A DNA stretch of 64,000 bases from Alphaproteobacteria bacterium (GCA_964291675.2 OZ219866.1:3360001-3424000), one strand, 5' to 3'. Shown: positions 34,054-45,145, counted from the stretch's first letter. The notes: generated from the letters alone by a model not told the origin. Numbers and translations: made by a program.

Positions 34054-35099
34054 CGGCGGACATCGCCTTCGCCGTCGAAGGCGGCATCGGCCGGGTCGAG
34101 CTCGACGCCCCCGCCACCTTCAACGCGCTCACGAGGGAGATGTGCATCGCCTTCCGCGCCCGCCTGCTCGAATGGGCCGACGAGCCCGCGATCGGCGCCG
34201 TCGTGGTGTCGGGCGCCGGCGAGCGCGCGTTCTGCGCCGGCGGCGACATCCGCGCGCTCTACGACTCCCGTCGCGCGGGCGACGGCACGGCCAGCACCTT
34301 CTTCTGGCACGAGTACCGGCTCGACCACGCGGTGCACGAATTCCCCAAGCCCTATGTCGCGCTGGTCGACGGCATCGTCATGGGCGGCGGGGTCGGCATA
34401 TCGGTGCACGGATCGCACCGGGTGATGACCGAGCGCACGATGTTCGCCATGCCGGAATGCGGCATCGGGCTGTTTCCCGATGTCGGGGCGACCGAGTTCT
34501 TGCCGCGCGCGCCGGGCGAGCTCGGCATGTATCTCGCGCTCACCGGGGCGCGGCTCAAGGCGGCGGACGCGATCCATGCCGGCATCGGCACCCACTTCAT
34601 GCCGAGCGCGACACTGCCCGCCTTCGTCGAACGCCTCGCCGCCGCCGACCTGTCGGAGGGCGAAGCGGCGGTCGATGCGGTCCTCGCCGAGTTCGCGGAG
34701 AATCCCGGGCCGGTGCAGCTCCGCGAGCATGCGAGGGCGATCGACCGCTGCTTCTCCGCCCCGACCGTGCAAGGGATAATCGACGCGCTGGAGGCCGAGG
34801 ACGGCTATTTCGCCATCGAGACGGCGGATACGCTGCGCACCAAGTCGCCGACCAGCATGCTGGTCACCCTCCGCCAGCTGCGCGGCGGCGGCGGGCTCGA
34901 TTTCGAATCCGCGATGCGCCGGGAGTACCGCATGGCGTGTGCCTTCCTCGCCGGGCACGATTTCTTCGAGGGTATCCGCGCCGCGGTGATCGACAAGGAC
35001 CGCAAGCCGCGCTGGGACCCGGCGCGGATCGAAGATGTCGGCGAGGCGGATGTCGAACGCTACTTCGCGCCGGTCGAGCGCGAGCTTGCCTTCGACTGA
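34050..35099 (+). CDS. 3-hydroxyisobutyryl-CoA hydrolase (crotonase family)
   Basis: [43 protein letters not shown]. Confidence 0.9.
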   Translation: MTADIAFAVEGGIGRVELDAPATFNALTREMCIAFRARLLEWADEPAIGAVVVSGAGERAFCAGGDIRALYDSRRAGDGTASTFFWHEYRLDHAVHEFPKPYVALVDGIVMGGGVGISVHGSHRVMTERTMFAMPECGIGLFPDVGATEFLPRAPGELGMYLALTGARLKAADAIHAGIGTHFMPSATLPAFVERLAAADLSEGEAAVDAVLAEFAENPGPVQLREHARAIDRCFSAPTVQGIIDALEAEDGYFAIETADTLRTKSPTSMLVTLRQLRGGGGLDFESAMRREYRMACAFLAGHDFFEGIRAAVIDKDRKPRWDPARIEDVGEADVERYFAPVERELAFD

Positions 35100-35115
35100 C
35101 GGCGGGGGAGGGACG

Positions 35116-36006
35116 ATGGCGGAAATCGGATTCGTCGGGCTCGGCAATATGGGCCGGCCCATGGCTTGCCGGCTGATCGCGGCCGGCCACGCGGTGCAGG
35201 GCTTCGACGTGGCGGCGCCGGCGCGCGAGGCGGCCGGGGCGGCGGGAATCCCGCTGGCGGGCGACCTCGCGGCGGCGGCGGCGGGCGCGGACGCGGTGTT
35301 CACCATGCTGCCGGCGGGCGACCACGTACGCGCGGTCTATTGCGGCGCCGGCGGGCTGCTGGCCGAGGCGAACGGGGATGCGCTGCTGGTCGACTGCTCG
35401 ACGATCGACCTCGCGACCGCGCGCGCGGTGCACGGGGAGGCGGCGGGCAGGGGTTTCGCGATGCTGGACGCGCCGGTCTCCGGCGGGGTCGGCGGCGCCG
35501 AGGCGGGCACGCTCACCTTCATGGTCGGCGGGGCCGAAGACGCCGTCGCCCGCGGCGAGCCCCTGATGGCGGCGATGGGGCGCAACGTCGTGCACGCCGG
35601 CGGGGCGGGCAACGGCCAGGCGGCGAAGATGTGCAACAACATGGTGCTCGGGGTCTCGATGATCGCCGTCTCGGAGGCCTTCGCGCTCGCCGAGCGGGTC
35701 GGGCTCGACGCCCGGACCCTGTTCGACATCATGTCGACCGCCTCGGGGCAGTGCTGGTCGCTCACCAGCTACTGCCCGGTGCCGGGACCGGTGCCCTCGT
35801 CGCCCGCCAACCGCGACTACCGGGCGGGGTTCACCGCGGCGATGATGCTGAAGGACCTCAGGCTCGCGCGCGGCGCCGCCCAGGCGAACGACGCCAACAC
35901 CCCGCTCGGCAGCCACGCCGCCGCGCTCTACGAGCAGTACTGCGCCGACGGCGGGGAGGCGTCCGACTTCTCCGGCATCGTCCGCATGCTGCGGGGCGGG
36001 GGGTAG
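35116..36006 (+). CDS. mmsB: 3-hydroxyisobutyrate dehydrogenase
   Basis: GLGNMG, DAPVSGG, KMCNNM, YCPVPG. Confidence 0.93.
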   Translation: MAEIGFVGLGNMGRPMACRLIAAGHAVQGFDVAAPAREAAGAAGIPLAGDLAAAAAGADAVFTMLPAGDHVRAVYCGAGGLLAEANGDALLVDCSTIDLATARAVHGEAAGRGFAMLDAPVSGGVGGAEAGTLTFMVGGAEDAVARGEPLMAAMGRNVVHAGGAGNGQAAKMCNNMVLGVSMIAVSEAFALAERVGLDARTLFDIMSTASGQCWSLTSYCPVPGPVPSSPANRDYRAGFTAAMMLKDLRLARGAAQANDANTPLGSHAAALYEQYCADGGEASDFSGIVRMLRGGG

Positions 36007-36189
36007 CGTCCCCACCACGTCGTGGCCGGACCCGTTCCGGCCATCCACGCCGCCGGCCGCTCGCAAGAGATGCCCGGAAAAAGTCCGGGCATGACGTGGT
36101 GGGGCCGTATCGAGGGGCCGCCGGTTGACACCGCCCGCGGGCGTTTCGATAGTCGCGCGCGCCAAGGACTCCTCGCACCCGGACTGGAC

Positions 36190-38274
36190 ATGGCGGAACC
36201 GGAAATTCCCGGCGGGCTCAGGCTCGCCGCCGATATCGGCGGCACGTTCACCGACATCGCCGCCTTCGACGCGGCGAGCGGAACGCTGCGGCTCGGCAAG
36301 GCGCCGTCGACGCCGGCGCATCTGGTGGACGGCATCGCCGCCGGGGTGGAGCGCGCCGGTGTCGCGTTCTCCGACGCGGCGTTGTTCCTGCACGGCTCGA
36401 CCATCGCCATCAACACCATGCTGGAACGCACCGGCGCGCGCGCCGCGCTGGTGATCACCAAGGGGTTCCGCGACATCTACGAGATCGGCCGGGTCAACCG
36501 GCCGGATTCCTACAATTTGTTCTTCAAGAAGCACCGCCCGCTGATCGAGCGCGCGATGTGCTTCGAGCTCGACGAGCGCATGCTCGCCGAGGGCGAGGCG
36601 CTGACCCCGCTCGACGAGGACGAGGTGCGCGCGCTCGGCCAACGCCTCGCCGGGCTCGATGTCGAGGCGGTGGCGATCCTGCTCCTGCACAGCTACCGCA
36701 ACCCCGACCACGAGAGGCGGACCAAGGCGATCCTCGAATCCTGCCTGCCGGGCGCGTTCGTCACGGCGTCGTGCGAGCTGTCGCAGGAGTACCGCGAGTT
36801 CGAACGCTGCTCGACGGTCGCCGCCAACGCCTATATCGGCCCCGGCGTCAGGCGCTATCTGGGCGAGATCGGCGACCACCTCGAGGCGCAATCCTTCCCC
36901 GGCGCCTTCCTCGTGGTGCAGTCGACCGGCGGGCTCTACGACGTGGCCCAGGCGCGGCGGGACTGCGTCCACATGCTCGAATCGGGACCGGCGGCGGGCG
37001 TCATCGCCGGCCGCGCGCTGGCCCGCGCCGCCGGGATCGGGAACGCGATCACCTTCGACATGGGCGGGACCACGGCCAAGTCGGGGGTGATATACGGCGG
37101 CGAGGCGCTGACCACGGGAAGTGCCAAGATCGGCGGCTACGAGCAGGGCCTGCCGGTGCAGATCGCGATGATGGACATCTTCGAGGTCGGCACCGGCGGC
37201 GGGTCGATCGCGCGGGCCGACTCGCAGGGCGCGCTCCGCGTCGGGCCGGAGAGCGCCGGCGCGAGCCCGGGTCCGGCCTGCTACGGCGCCGGAGGAACCC
37301 GGGCCACGGTGACCGACGCCAACCTGGTGCTCGGCCGGATCGCCGCCGACCGCTTCCTCGGCGGCGCGATGACGCTCGATTCCGCGGCCGCGCTCGAGGC
37401 GATGAAATCGGGCGTCGCCGATCCGCTCGGCATGGACCCGGTCGAGGCCGCCGCCGGCGTGCTGCAGATCGCCGCCACCGCGATGTCGTTCGCGGTCAAG
37501 GGCGTGTCGACCGAGCGCGGGCTCGACGCCGGCGCGTTCGCCCTCGTCGCCTGCGGCGGCGCCGGGCCGCTGCACGCAAGCGCGGTGGCGCGCGAGATCG
37601 GCATGCGGGAGATCGTCGTCCCGCCGGCGCCCGGCCATTTCTCGGCGATCGGCATGCTGCACGCCGATTTGCGCTACGACTACGTGCGCACCTGGTTCGC
37701 CCGCCTCGCCGAGGCGCCGCTGGAAGAGATCGAGCGGCTCTACGCCGAGATGGAGGCGGACGGAAGGGCCGCGGTCGCCGCCACCGGCGCGGCCGTCTCG
37801 GAGATCGTCGTCGGGCGCGCCGCCGACATGCGCTATGTCGGACAGGAGCACGCGGTGACGGTCGATTTGCCGGCCGCGCTGTTCGCTGCCGGCGACCGGG
37901 CGGCGATCAAGCGGCGCTTCGACGAGGTGCACGGCATCCGCTACGGCACCTCGGCGCCGGACGAGCCGGCCGAGCTGGTGAGCTTGCGCATGACGGTGTC
38001 CGGCCTCCTGCCCAAGCCGCCGATGGTGCAGGGCGGCGCGGGCGGCACGGCCGATCCGGCGCCGTTCGAGACGCGGCGCATCTATTTCTCCGAGACCGGC
38101 GGCTTCGTCGCCACCCCGGTCTATGCAAGGGCCGGGCTCGGCGCCGGTGCGGCGCTCGACGGCCCGGCGGTGATCGAGGAGGCGGCATCGACCACGCTGC
38201 TGCTGCCGGGCGACAGGCTCGGCGTCGACGAGCACGGCAATCTCCGGATCCGGGTGGGGGCCGGCGGGCGATGA
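36190..38274 (+). CDS. Hydantoinase/oxoprolinase subunit A
   Basis: [35 protein letters not shown]. Confidence 0.92.
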   Translation: MAEPEIPGGLRLAADIGGTFTDIAAFDAASGTLRLGKAPSTPAHLVDGIAAGVERAGVAFSDAALFLHGSTIAINTMLERTGARAALVITKGFRDIYEIGRVNRPDSYNLFFKKHRPLIERAMCFELDERMLAEGEALTPLDEDEVRALGQRLAGLDVEAVAILLLHSYRNPDHERRTKAILESCLPGAFVTASCELSQEYREFERCSTVAANAYIGPGVRRYLGEIGDHLEAQSFPGAFLVVQSTGGLYDVAQARRDCVHMLESGPAAGVIAGRALARAAGIGNAITFDMGGTTAKSGVIYGGEALTTGSAKIGGYEQGLPVQIAMMDIFEVGTGGGSIARADSQGALRVGPESAGASPGPACYGAGGTRATVTDANLVLGRIAADRFLGGAMTLDSAAALEAMKSGVADPLGMDPVEAAAGVLQIAATAMSFAVKGVSTERGLDAGAFALVACGGAGPLHASAVAREIGMREIVVPPAPGHFSAIGMLHADLRYDYVRTWFARLAEAPLEEIERLYAEMEADGRAAVAATGAAVSEIVVGRAADMRYVGQEHAVTVDLPAALFAAGDRAAIKRRFDEVHGIRYGTSAPDEPAELVSLRMTVSGLLPKPPMVQGGAGGTADPAPFETRRIYFSETGGFVATPVYARAGLGAGAALDGPAVIEEAASTTLLLPGDRLGVDEHGNLRIRVGAGGR

Positions 38275-40118
38275 GCGGAGCCTCGCCCGACCCGGTGGTC
38301 ACCGAGCTGGTGCGGGGCGGCGTCATCGCCATCACCGAGGAGATGAAGACCAACCTCACCCGCACCGCCTACAACATGATCATCTACGAGGCGCTCGACT
38401 TCACCGTCGGGCTGTTCACCGCCGAGGGCGAGACGGTCTCCATCGGGCTCGGCCTGCCGATGTTCATCCGCGGCATGGCCGAGACGGTGAAGGCGAAGCT
38501 CCGGCATTTCGGCGCCGACATCGGGCCGGGCGACATATTGCTCACCAACGACGCCTATATCACCGGCAGCCATCTCAACCACCTGACCTTCTCGATGCCG
38601 GTGTTCGACGACGGCGCGCTGGTCGGCTTCGCCGTCTGCATGGCGCACTGGCCCGATATCGGCGGCACGCTCGACGGCATGACCACCGACATCTACTCGG
38701 AAGGCCTGCAGATCCCGATCCTCAAATACCAGCGGGCCGGCGTCGTCAACCGGGACCTGCTCGACATCCTGCGCATGAACGTCCGCCTGCCGGACCGCGC
38801 GATGGGCGATCTCCGCGCCCAGCTCACCGCGATCTCCAGCGGCGAGCGGCGCTTCCTCGAGCTGATCCGCCGCTACGGGCGGGACGAGGTGCTCGGCGCC
38901 ATCGCGTCGATCATGGACCAGTCCGAACGGGCGGCGCGGGAGCGCACGCTGGCGATCCCGGACGGCGTCTACGAGGCCGAGTCCTTCATGGACGACGACG
39001 GGGTCGATATCGCCGAGCCGGTGCCGATCCGCGTCCGGGTGACCGTTGCGGGGGACAGGATGACGGTCGACCTCTCCCATGTCTCCGAGCAGGTCAAGGG
39101 GTTCTATAACTCGGGCGTGACCACCGGGCACGCCTGTTCCCAGGTCGCCTTCAAGTGCCTGACCTCGCCGACCGACTACCCGATCAACGACGGCAGCTTC
39201 CGCAACCTCGACGTGGTCATCCCGATGGGCCGCGTGGTCAGCGCCGAGAAGCCGGCGCCGATGCGCTGGTGGATGACCTTTCCGATGACCATCGTCGATA
39301 CCGTGTTCAAGGCGCTGGCCCCGGCGATCCCCGAGCGCATCGTCGCCGGGCACCACGCCGATCTGATCATCGGCATGCTGAACGGGGTCAACCCGGCGAC
39401 GGAGGAGTTTTATATCGCCTTCATCGGCCCGACCGGCGGCGGCTGGGGCGCCAAGCAGGCGGAGGACGGCAACTCGGCCACCATCTGCATGAACGACGGC
39501 GACACCCACAACAGCCCGGTCGAGCAGTTGGAGGCCAAGTACCCGCTGCTGTTCGAGGCGCATGCGCTGCGCCCGGATTCCTGCGGCGCCGGGCGCAGGC
39601 GCGGCGGGCTCGGGATCGAGAACGTGGTGCAGGCGCGCGCCCCGCTCACCGTCAACACCCAGATCGACCGCGTGCATTGCCGGCCCTGGGGGCTCGCCGG
39701 CGGGCTGGATGCGATGGGCAATCGGGTGGCGCTCCGCCGCGACGGCGCCTGGCGCGAGGATTTTCCCAACGCCAAGGTGCTCACCGCCCGCCTCGCCGCC
39801 GGCGAGGCGTTCGCGCTGCGATCGGGCGGCGGCGGCGGGTTCGGCCCGCCGCTGGAGCGACCCGTCGAGGCGGTGGCGCACGATTTGCGCCAGGGCTACG
39901 TCACGCCCGAGGCCGCGTTCCGCGACTACGGCGTGGTGTGCGACGCCGCGACGCTGGCGGTCGACACGGCGGCGTCGGAGAGGATCCGCGCCGCCAAGGC
40001 GACGCTCGCCGGGGCGGGCGAGCCGTCCCTCGATACGGCCCCTGCGGGGCCTACTCGGGATGAGGAAGTGTTTTCTGGGCGTGAGCGCTTATCCGCCCCA
40101 GCCAAACCCTCATCCTGA
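38271..40118 (+). CDS. Hydantoinase B/oxoprolinase subunit; C-terminus runs into REP DNA
   Basis: NDAY..GSHLNH, HWPDIGG, GGGGFGPP.ER; stop lies inside the REP pair. Confidence 0.9.
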   Translation: MSGASPDPVVTELVRGGVIAITEEMKTNLTRTAYNMIIYEALDFTVGLFTAEGETVSIGLGLPMFIRGMAETVKAKLRHFGADIGPGDILLTNDAYITGSHLNHLTFSMPVFDDGALVGFAVCMAHWPDIGGTLDGMTTDIYSEGLQIPILKYQRAGVVNRDLLDILRMNVRLPDRAMGDLRAQLTAISSGERRFLELIRRYGRDEVLGAIASIMDQSERAARERTLAIPDGVYEAESFMDDDGVDIAEPVPIRVRVTVAGDRMTVDLSHVSEQVKGFYNSGVTTGHACSQVAFKCLTSPTDYPINDGSFRNLDVVIPMGRVVSAEKPAPMRWWMTFPMTIVDTVFKALAPAIPERIVAGHHADLIIGMLNGVNPATEEFYIAFIGPTGGGWGAKQAEDGNSATICMNDGDTHNSPVEQLEAKYPLLFEAHALRPDSCGAGRRRGGLGIENVVQARAPLTVNTQIDRVHCRPWGLAGGLDAMGNRVALRRDGAWREDFPNAKVLTARLAAGEAFALRSGGGGGFGPPLERPVEAVAHDLRQGYVTPEAAFRDYGVVCDAATLAVDTAASERIRAAKATLAGAGEPSLDTAPAGPTRDEEVFSGRERLSAPAKPSS

Positions 40119-40148
40119 GTAGCCCCCGCAGGGGGCGTATCGAAGGAC
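40025..40148. repeat. REP family-B inverted pair
   Basis: CCCTCGATACGGCCCCTGCGGGGCCTACTCGGGATGAGG ... CCTCATCCTGAGTAG...CGTATCGAAGG. Confidence 0.88.
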
Positions 40149-40161
40149 GGGCCGAGACACC

Positions 40162-40461
40162 CTAAAACCCCGCCTGCGCGGCCGGCTTGATGGCGATCGC
40201 GAAGCTCGCCCCGGTGCCGCCGCAGCACGGGCAGGCGATAGAGTCGAAGATCTCGCGGCGCCGCTCGGGCGCGATGCCGGTGTCGGCCAGCAGCTCCTCG
40301 ACCTGGCGGCGGATCGCCGCGTGGATCGGGTCCGGCGGGTTCTCGGCGGCCGGCGGGGCGTCGTCCGGCGGGCGTCGTTCGGCCTCCCGGGCGGCGTGCC
40401 AGAGCGCGCGGAACGGGCCGGTGAGGTTGAGGTGGCGCCGGTCGTCGATCCCGCCCGGCAC
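40162..40461 (-). CDS. Small hypothetical protein with a CPCC motif
   Basis: GTG start 2 bp after the upstream stop; 99 aa; IACPCCGG. Confidence 0.6.
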   Translation of the reverse strand: MPGGIDDRRHLNLTGPFRALWHAAREAERRPPDDAPPAAENPPDPIHAAIRRQVEELLADTGIAPERRREIFDSIACPCCGGTGASFAIAIKPAAQAGF

Positions 40462-40463
40462 GG

Positions 40464-41075
40464 TCAGTTCTGCGGCGCGCCGGGGTGGATGACCACCCCT
40501 TCCAGCCGCTCGACATAGCGCAGGAAGCGGTACTTGTCCTCGATCCCGTCGGTCGGCTTGCGGTCCTCCCACTTCCAGGGGTGCTTGCCGGGCTCGATCC
40601 TGGCGACCAGGTAGCCCATCTCGCCGTCGCCCAGCATCGCGGCGAAGCGTTCGGCAAGCGTCTCCGGGTCGCGCACCGTCTCGCAGTTGAGGCAGCCGGC
40701 GCCGTCGGCCATGCGCGCGAGGTCGGTGTTGCGCGAGGTCAGCGTCGGCGGCCCGCCGATGTTCTCGTAGATCCCGTTGTCGAACACCAGCACCGTCAGG
40801 TTGGGCGGGCGCTCGGCGCCCAGGGTGCAAAGGATGCCGGTGTTCATCAGCATCGAGCCGTCGCTCTCGAAAGCGACGATGCGGCGATGCGGCAGCGAGA
40901 CCGCGAGCCCGAGCGCGGTCGAGGTCACCGAGCCCAGCACGCCGGTGAAGAAGGTGTTGTCGGCGTCGGGCTTCAGATTCCACCAGTCGTCCCAGGTGGC
41001 GCCGATCGAGGTGGTCACCAGATCCTCCGCCGTTATCAGCGGCGCGATGGCGCGGAAGGCCTCAATCCGCTGCAT
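40464..41075 (-). CDS. TPP-binding decarboxylase beta subunit (ComE-like)
   Basis: SDGSMLMN...VFDNG TPP motif. Confidence 0.85.
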   Translation of the reverse strand: MQRIEAFRAIAPLITAEDLVTTSIGATWDDWWNLKPDADNTFFTGVLGSVTSTALGLAVSLPHRRIVAFESDGSMLMNTGILCTLGAERPPNLTVLVFDNGIYENIGGPPTLTSRNTDLARMADGAGCLNCETVRDPETLAERFAAMLGDGEMGYLVARIEPGKHPWKWEDRKPTDGIEDKYRFLRYVERLEGVVIHPGAPQN

Positions 41076-41595
41076 AGGCGGGGCGCTCCACGCAGTTGCC
41101 CGAGAACACCAGCGCGACCGGCCAGTTGCTGCCGTCGGCGTGCTTGAAGGCGCGCCCGATCGCCGGCTTGATGTCCGCCGTCTCGGTGACGAAGCGGTAC
41201 GGGATGCGGAGCGAATCCAGGATCGGCGCCATGGTCTGGGCGTGGTTGTGGCCCCACCAGTTCTGCTCGCCCCATTCGCCGCGATAGCTCATGGCCATCA
41301 CCATCGGCAGCGCGTGCTGGAAGGCGAGCCGCGCCACCGGCTCGCAGCACTGGCGGATGCCGGAGTTCTCCATGATCATCAGCGCCCGCCTGCCGGCGAG
41401 ATAGGTGCCGGCGCAGATCCCCGGCATGTCGCCCTCGTTGGAGACCTGGATGTAGCGGATCGCGTTGTCCGCCGCGCACAGCCGGTAGACGCTGGCGAGC
41501 AGCGATTCGGGGAGCGCGGTCACGACCCCGACATCGGCTTCCTTGAGCCCCTCGACGAACAGCCTGGCGTATTCGGGGACCGCCTCGCCGGTCAT
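41062..41595 (-). CDS. Decarboxylase alpha subunit (ComD-like)
   Basis: LPES, NEGD..GICAG, MENSG, SYRG..GE. Confidence 0.85.
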   Translation of the reverse strand: MTGEAVPEYARLFVEGLKEADVGVVTALPESLLASVYRLCAADNAIRYIQVSNEGDMPGICAGTYLAGRRALMIMENSGIRQCCEPVARLAFQHALPMVMAMSYRGEWGEQNWWGHNHAQTMAPILDSLRIPYRFVTETADIKPAIGRAFKHADGSNWPVALVFSGNCVERPAYAAD

Positions 41596-42044
41596 GCGGC
41601 GCTCCCCTCGGCCTTCTCGCGAAAATTGTCGGCGAAGGCGCGGCCGATGTCGCGCGCCTTCTTCTTCATCACGCCGAGCCCGAACTTGCCGAGCCGGCCG
41701 AACACCGAGACGTCGGAGGCGTAGGCGATCTCGGTGCCGCCCTCGACCTCCGAGAGGGTGAGCGTGCTGGTCGCGTTGAGCGTGCTGGCCCGGCCGCCCT
41801 CCTCGCCCTTGGTGGCGGAGGAGGCGAAATGGGGTGGCCGTTCCTCGGTCTTCTCGACGGTGACGGAGAACGTGGTCTTGATCGGCCCCACCGCGACCCT
41901 GATGTCGGCCTTGTAGGTGGCAGGCCCGGTCACCTCGATCCCCTGGCAGCCCGGGATGCACGGCCCCACCACCTCGGGGTCGGTGATCATCGACCACACG
42001 CGTTGAAGCGGCGCATCAACGACAAAGCTGTCCGCGACCTGCAA
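41592..42044 (-). CDS. CoxG/SRPBCC family protein
   Basis: VW....DP.....CIPGC, VAVGPI, GRLGKFG. Confidence 0.85.
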   Translation of the reverse strand: MQVADSFVVDAPLQRVWSMITDPEVVGPCIPGCQGIEVTGPATYKADIRVAVGPIKTTFSVTVEKTEERPPHFASSATKGEEGGRASTLNATSTLTLSEVEGGTEIAYASDVSVFGRLGKFGLGVMKKKARDIGRAFADNFREKAEGSAA

Positions 42045-42129
42045 TCCCGTTCCTCCCCCGTTGCCGGCATCCTATGGGCGGTCCGGCGGGGCCGCAACCG
42101 AAGGGGCGATTCGCCTCGATGCGGGGGAA

Positions 42130-42624
42130 CTAGACGTCCAGAGCAGTGCGCAGGGCGGCCGGCAACTCGACGATCGGCGCCATCTCGTCCAGCCGCTTTG
42201 TGAGCTTGTAGGTCACTCCCTGCCCCTCCGCCATTCGAACCAGACGACCGGCGCGATTCTCTGCGACTTCGCCCTTGCGCCACATGTTGAAGACGATTTC
42301 GTGGGGGCAGATTCCAAGGCACAACAGGTAGTCGTAGTCCCGGTCGAGGCGGACATGGTTGAACTGGAATGCACGTTTGGCTCCGAGAGAAGCGGTTTTG
42401 ACTTCGAACCGGCCGGTTCCAATTCTGAGATCCAAAGGGGAGGTTCGCCCGCCATTGGTCACCGGGATATCGTGGGCTCTCACGTAGCGCCGGATGAACT
42501 CTTCCCCGATTTCCCCGCGGTTGGTGTTGCCGAGCAGACGGTACCCGATCAGTGGAGAGTTCTGCCAAATGTCCTCGGGCGCGTGTTCATCGATGACTTG
42601 GACCAGCAATTCGATAGGGTTCAT
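42130..42624 (-). CDS. Putative PD-(D/E)XK restriction endonuclease-like protein
   Basis: RGEIGEEF...LDLRI...EVKTA, FQFNHVR; ATGA-coupled to the MTase. Confidence 0.7.
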   Translation of the reverse strand: MNPIELLVQVIDEHAPEDIWQNSPLIGYRLLGNTNRGEIGEEFIRRYVRAHDIPVTNGGRTSPLDLRIGTGRFEVKTASLGAKRAFQFNHVRLDRDYDYLLCLGICPHEIVFNMWRKGEVAENRAGRLVRMAEGQGVTYKLTKRLDEMAPIVELPAALRTALDV

Positions 42625-43349
42625 TCGGGCGGTTCCCAGATCCCCTTGGTTTCGCCCCGTTTCCAGAACACCAGGAAATAGGAATGGTTCTTGCGGGCAT
42701 GCACCTGACGGACGGTGCGGCTGACGCCCGGTCGATTGTTTCGCGCCGCCACGAAGAGGTCTTCGGCGACGTAGCCCATGCCCTCGTACATTTGAATGAT
42801 CTCGACATGGGTAAAGCGCTGGCGGTTCGAACAAACCTCGTCCTGGCACTTGACGATCAGCACCCCCTTGTCGCGCAGCACGCGATACGCTTCCTCGCCG
42901 CCCTCGCGATAGAGGTCCAGAACCGCTTCGTGATACTTCCCGCCGGTCCGATTGCCGCTTCCGTTGTTGCGGTAGTGGTCCTCGAATGGAGGCTGCGATC
43001 CGTGCGCCGTCCCACCGGGCGAGTGCATGTAGGGCGGGTCCAGGACCACGCAGTCGATTTCGCCGTCCTCATAAGGAAGGTCGCGGCAATCCACCCCTGT
43101 CTGGATGTCGCTCGCCAGAACTTCGTAGCGATCTTCGGGCACGTGCCGCCAGAACACGCCCTTGCCAAACGTCACATCGGCGACCACGCTGCCCGGGCTC
43201 ACATAAAGACCGAGCACGCGGGGAAAGATGCGATCGTTGCCGTCCGCGTAGGCGCTGAAGATCAGATCGTTGGTCGCTTCGCCGTTGCGAACCCGGCGCT
43301 TTTCCTTGTCCTGTCGGTCGGGTTCGGGAACGGTGGCATCCACGCGCAT
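42621..43349 (-). CDS. DNA amino-methyltransferase (m6A/m4C)
   Basis: VADVTFGKG SAM-binding motif, VLDPPY catalytic motif, RVLRDKGVLIVK. Confidence 0.85.
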   Translation of the reverse strand: MRVDATVPEPDRQDKEKRRVRNGEATNDLIFSAYADGNDRIFPRVLGLYVSPGSVVADVTFGKGVFWRHVPEDRYEVLASDIQTGVDCRDLPYEDGEIDCVVLDPPYMHSPGGTAHGSQPPFEDHYRNNGSGNRTGGKYHEAVLDLYREGGEEAYRVLRDKGVLIVKCQDEVCSNRQRFTHVEIIQMYEGMGYVAEDLFVAARNNRPGVSRTVRQVHARKNHSYFLVFWKRGETKGIWEPPE

Positions 43350-43609
43350 CAGGCAGTCCAATGCTTGGCCGTGAGGATGTTCTTATTTTGTTCCTCGGCG
43401 CAGGTCTTGTCAACCGCTGTCTGGCAGCAAGATAGACGAGCCGTTTCGGCCGACCAAGCCTCTCCGATTCGCTCCAGCATGAACCGTGAGATCGCCTGCG
43501 TGAACGCGATCCCGCGACTCAACCGACGCCTCTCCCGTTTCGGCGCAGCATGGTATTCCACTAAAATGCGGCGCCCGGGGAAACCGCCCGGAGCGGGAGG
43601 AAGACGGCG

Positions 43610-45145
43610 ATGCTGACCATGGTCTCCGCGATGGATCGGGCGCGGCGGCTCTATGCGGCGCGGACCGCGGTGGTCGACGACGAGCGCGTGTTCACCTGGG
43701 GCGAATTCGTCGACCGGGCGCGCCGCGCGGCGAGCGTGCTCGACGGGCTCGGCGTCGGCCCGGGCGAGCGCTACGCGATCCTCTCGCGCAACACCTTCCG
43801 CAACGCCGAGCTGATGCATGCCGGGTACTGGTCGGGCCGGGTGCCGGTGCCGGTCAATATCCGGCTCGCGGGCCCCGAGATCCGCCACATCCTCGACGAT
43901 TCGGATTGCCGGCTGCTGGTCGTCGACGAGGCGCTGACCGAGCTCGCAAACGCCGACGAGCTCGCCCCGTGGCGCGAGCGGACCCTGCCGGTCGCGTCGC
44001 AATACGAGGCGCTGCTCGCCGACGCGGTGCCCGCCGACGCGCATGAGGCGCGCGAGGACGACACCGCCGTGCTGCTCTATACCGGCGGCACCACGGGGCG
44101 CTCCAAGGGCGTGCCCTTGAGCCACCGCAACGTGTTCGCCAACGGCCAGCAATGCGCGATCGCGCTGGGCGCGAGGACCGACGATGTGTTTCTCCACGCA
44201 GCGCCGATGTTCCACTCGGCCGACCTGCTGGGGACCGCCTACACGTTGCAGGGCGCGGCGCACATGTTCCTGCCGGTCTTCTCGCCGGAATCGGTGCTGC
44301 GCGCGATGGAGCGCCACGGCGTCACCGTCGCCTTCCTCGCGCCGACGATGATCATCATGGTCCTGCAGGACCCGTCCTTCGCGGATTGCGATCTGGCGAA
44401 GCTGCGGCTGCTGTTCTACGGCTCCTCGCCGATGGCCGTCGAGTGGATTCGCCGCGCGATGGAGGCGCTCCCGGGCGCCGAGATCCAGCAGGGCTACGGG
44501 CTTACCGAGACCTCGCCGATCCTGACGACGCTCGACCCGGACGAGCACCGGAACGCGCTCGAAAGCGGGCGCTACGACCGGCTCAAGGCGGCCGGGCGGC
44601 CGGTCACCGGGGTCGACATGCGCATCGTCGACGGCAACGGCGCCGAGGTGCCGCTCGGCGAGGCGGGCGAGGTGGCGGTGCGCGGCCCCAACGTGACGGC
44701 CGGCTATCTCAACCGGCCCGAGGAGACCGCGGCGGCGTTCCGCGGCGGCTGGTTTCATACCGGCGATATCGGGCGGATCGACGAGGACGGGTTCATGTAC
44801 CTCCTCGACCGCAAGAAGGACATGGTGATCACCGGCGGCGAGAACGTCTATTCCTCCGAGGTCGAGGCGGTGCTCTACCAGCACCCCGGGGTCAACGAGG
44901 CGGCGGTGGTCGGCGTGCCGGACGAGAAATACGGCGAGGCGCTGTTCGCGGTGATCGTGCCCGCGCCCGGCGCCGCGCTGGATGCCGAGGAGATGATCGC
45001 CCATTGCCGCGAACGCATCGGCGGCTACAAGATCCCCCGCCGCATGGCCTTCGTCGACGCGATGCCGAAGAGCGCCATGGGCAAGATCCTCAAGACCGAG
45101 CTGCGCCGCATCTACGGCGGCGGGGCCCGACGGGAGACGACATGA
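43610..45145 (+). CDS. Long-chain fatty acid--CoA ligase (AMP-binding)
   Basis: YTGGTTGRSKG, YGLTET, FHTGD, GKILK. Confidence 0.93.
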   Translation: MLTMVSAMDRARRLYAARTAVVDDERVFTWGEFVDRARRAASVLDGLGVGPGERYAILSRNTFRNAELMHAGYWSGRVPVPVNIRLAGPEIRHILDDSDCRLLVVDEALTELANADELAPWRERTLPVASQYEALLADAVPADAHEAREDDTAVLLYTGGTTGRSKGVPLSHRNVFANGQQCAIALGARTDDVFLHAAPMFHSADLLGTAYTLQGAAHMFLPVFSPESVLRAMERHGVTVAFLAPTMIIMVLQDPSFADCDLAKLRLLFYGSSPMAVEWIRRAMEALPGAEIQQGYGLTETSPILTTLDPDEHRNALESGRYDRLKAAGRPVTGVDMRIVDGNGAEVPLGEAGEVAVRGPNVTAGYLNRPEETAAAFRGGWFHTGDIGRIDEDGFMYLLDRKKDMVITGGENVYSSEVEAVLYQHPGVNEAAVVGVPDEKYGEALFAVIVPAPGAALDAEEMIAHCRERIGGYKIPRRMAFVDAMPKSAMGKILKTELRRIYGGGARRETT

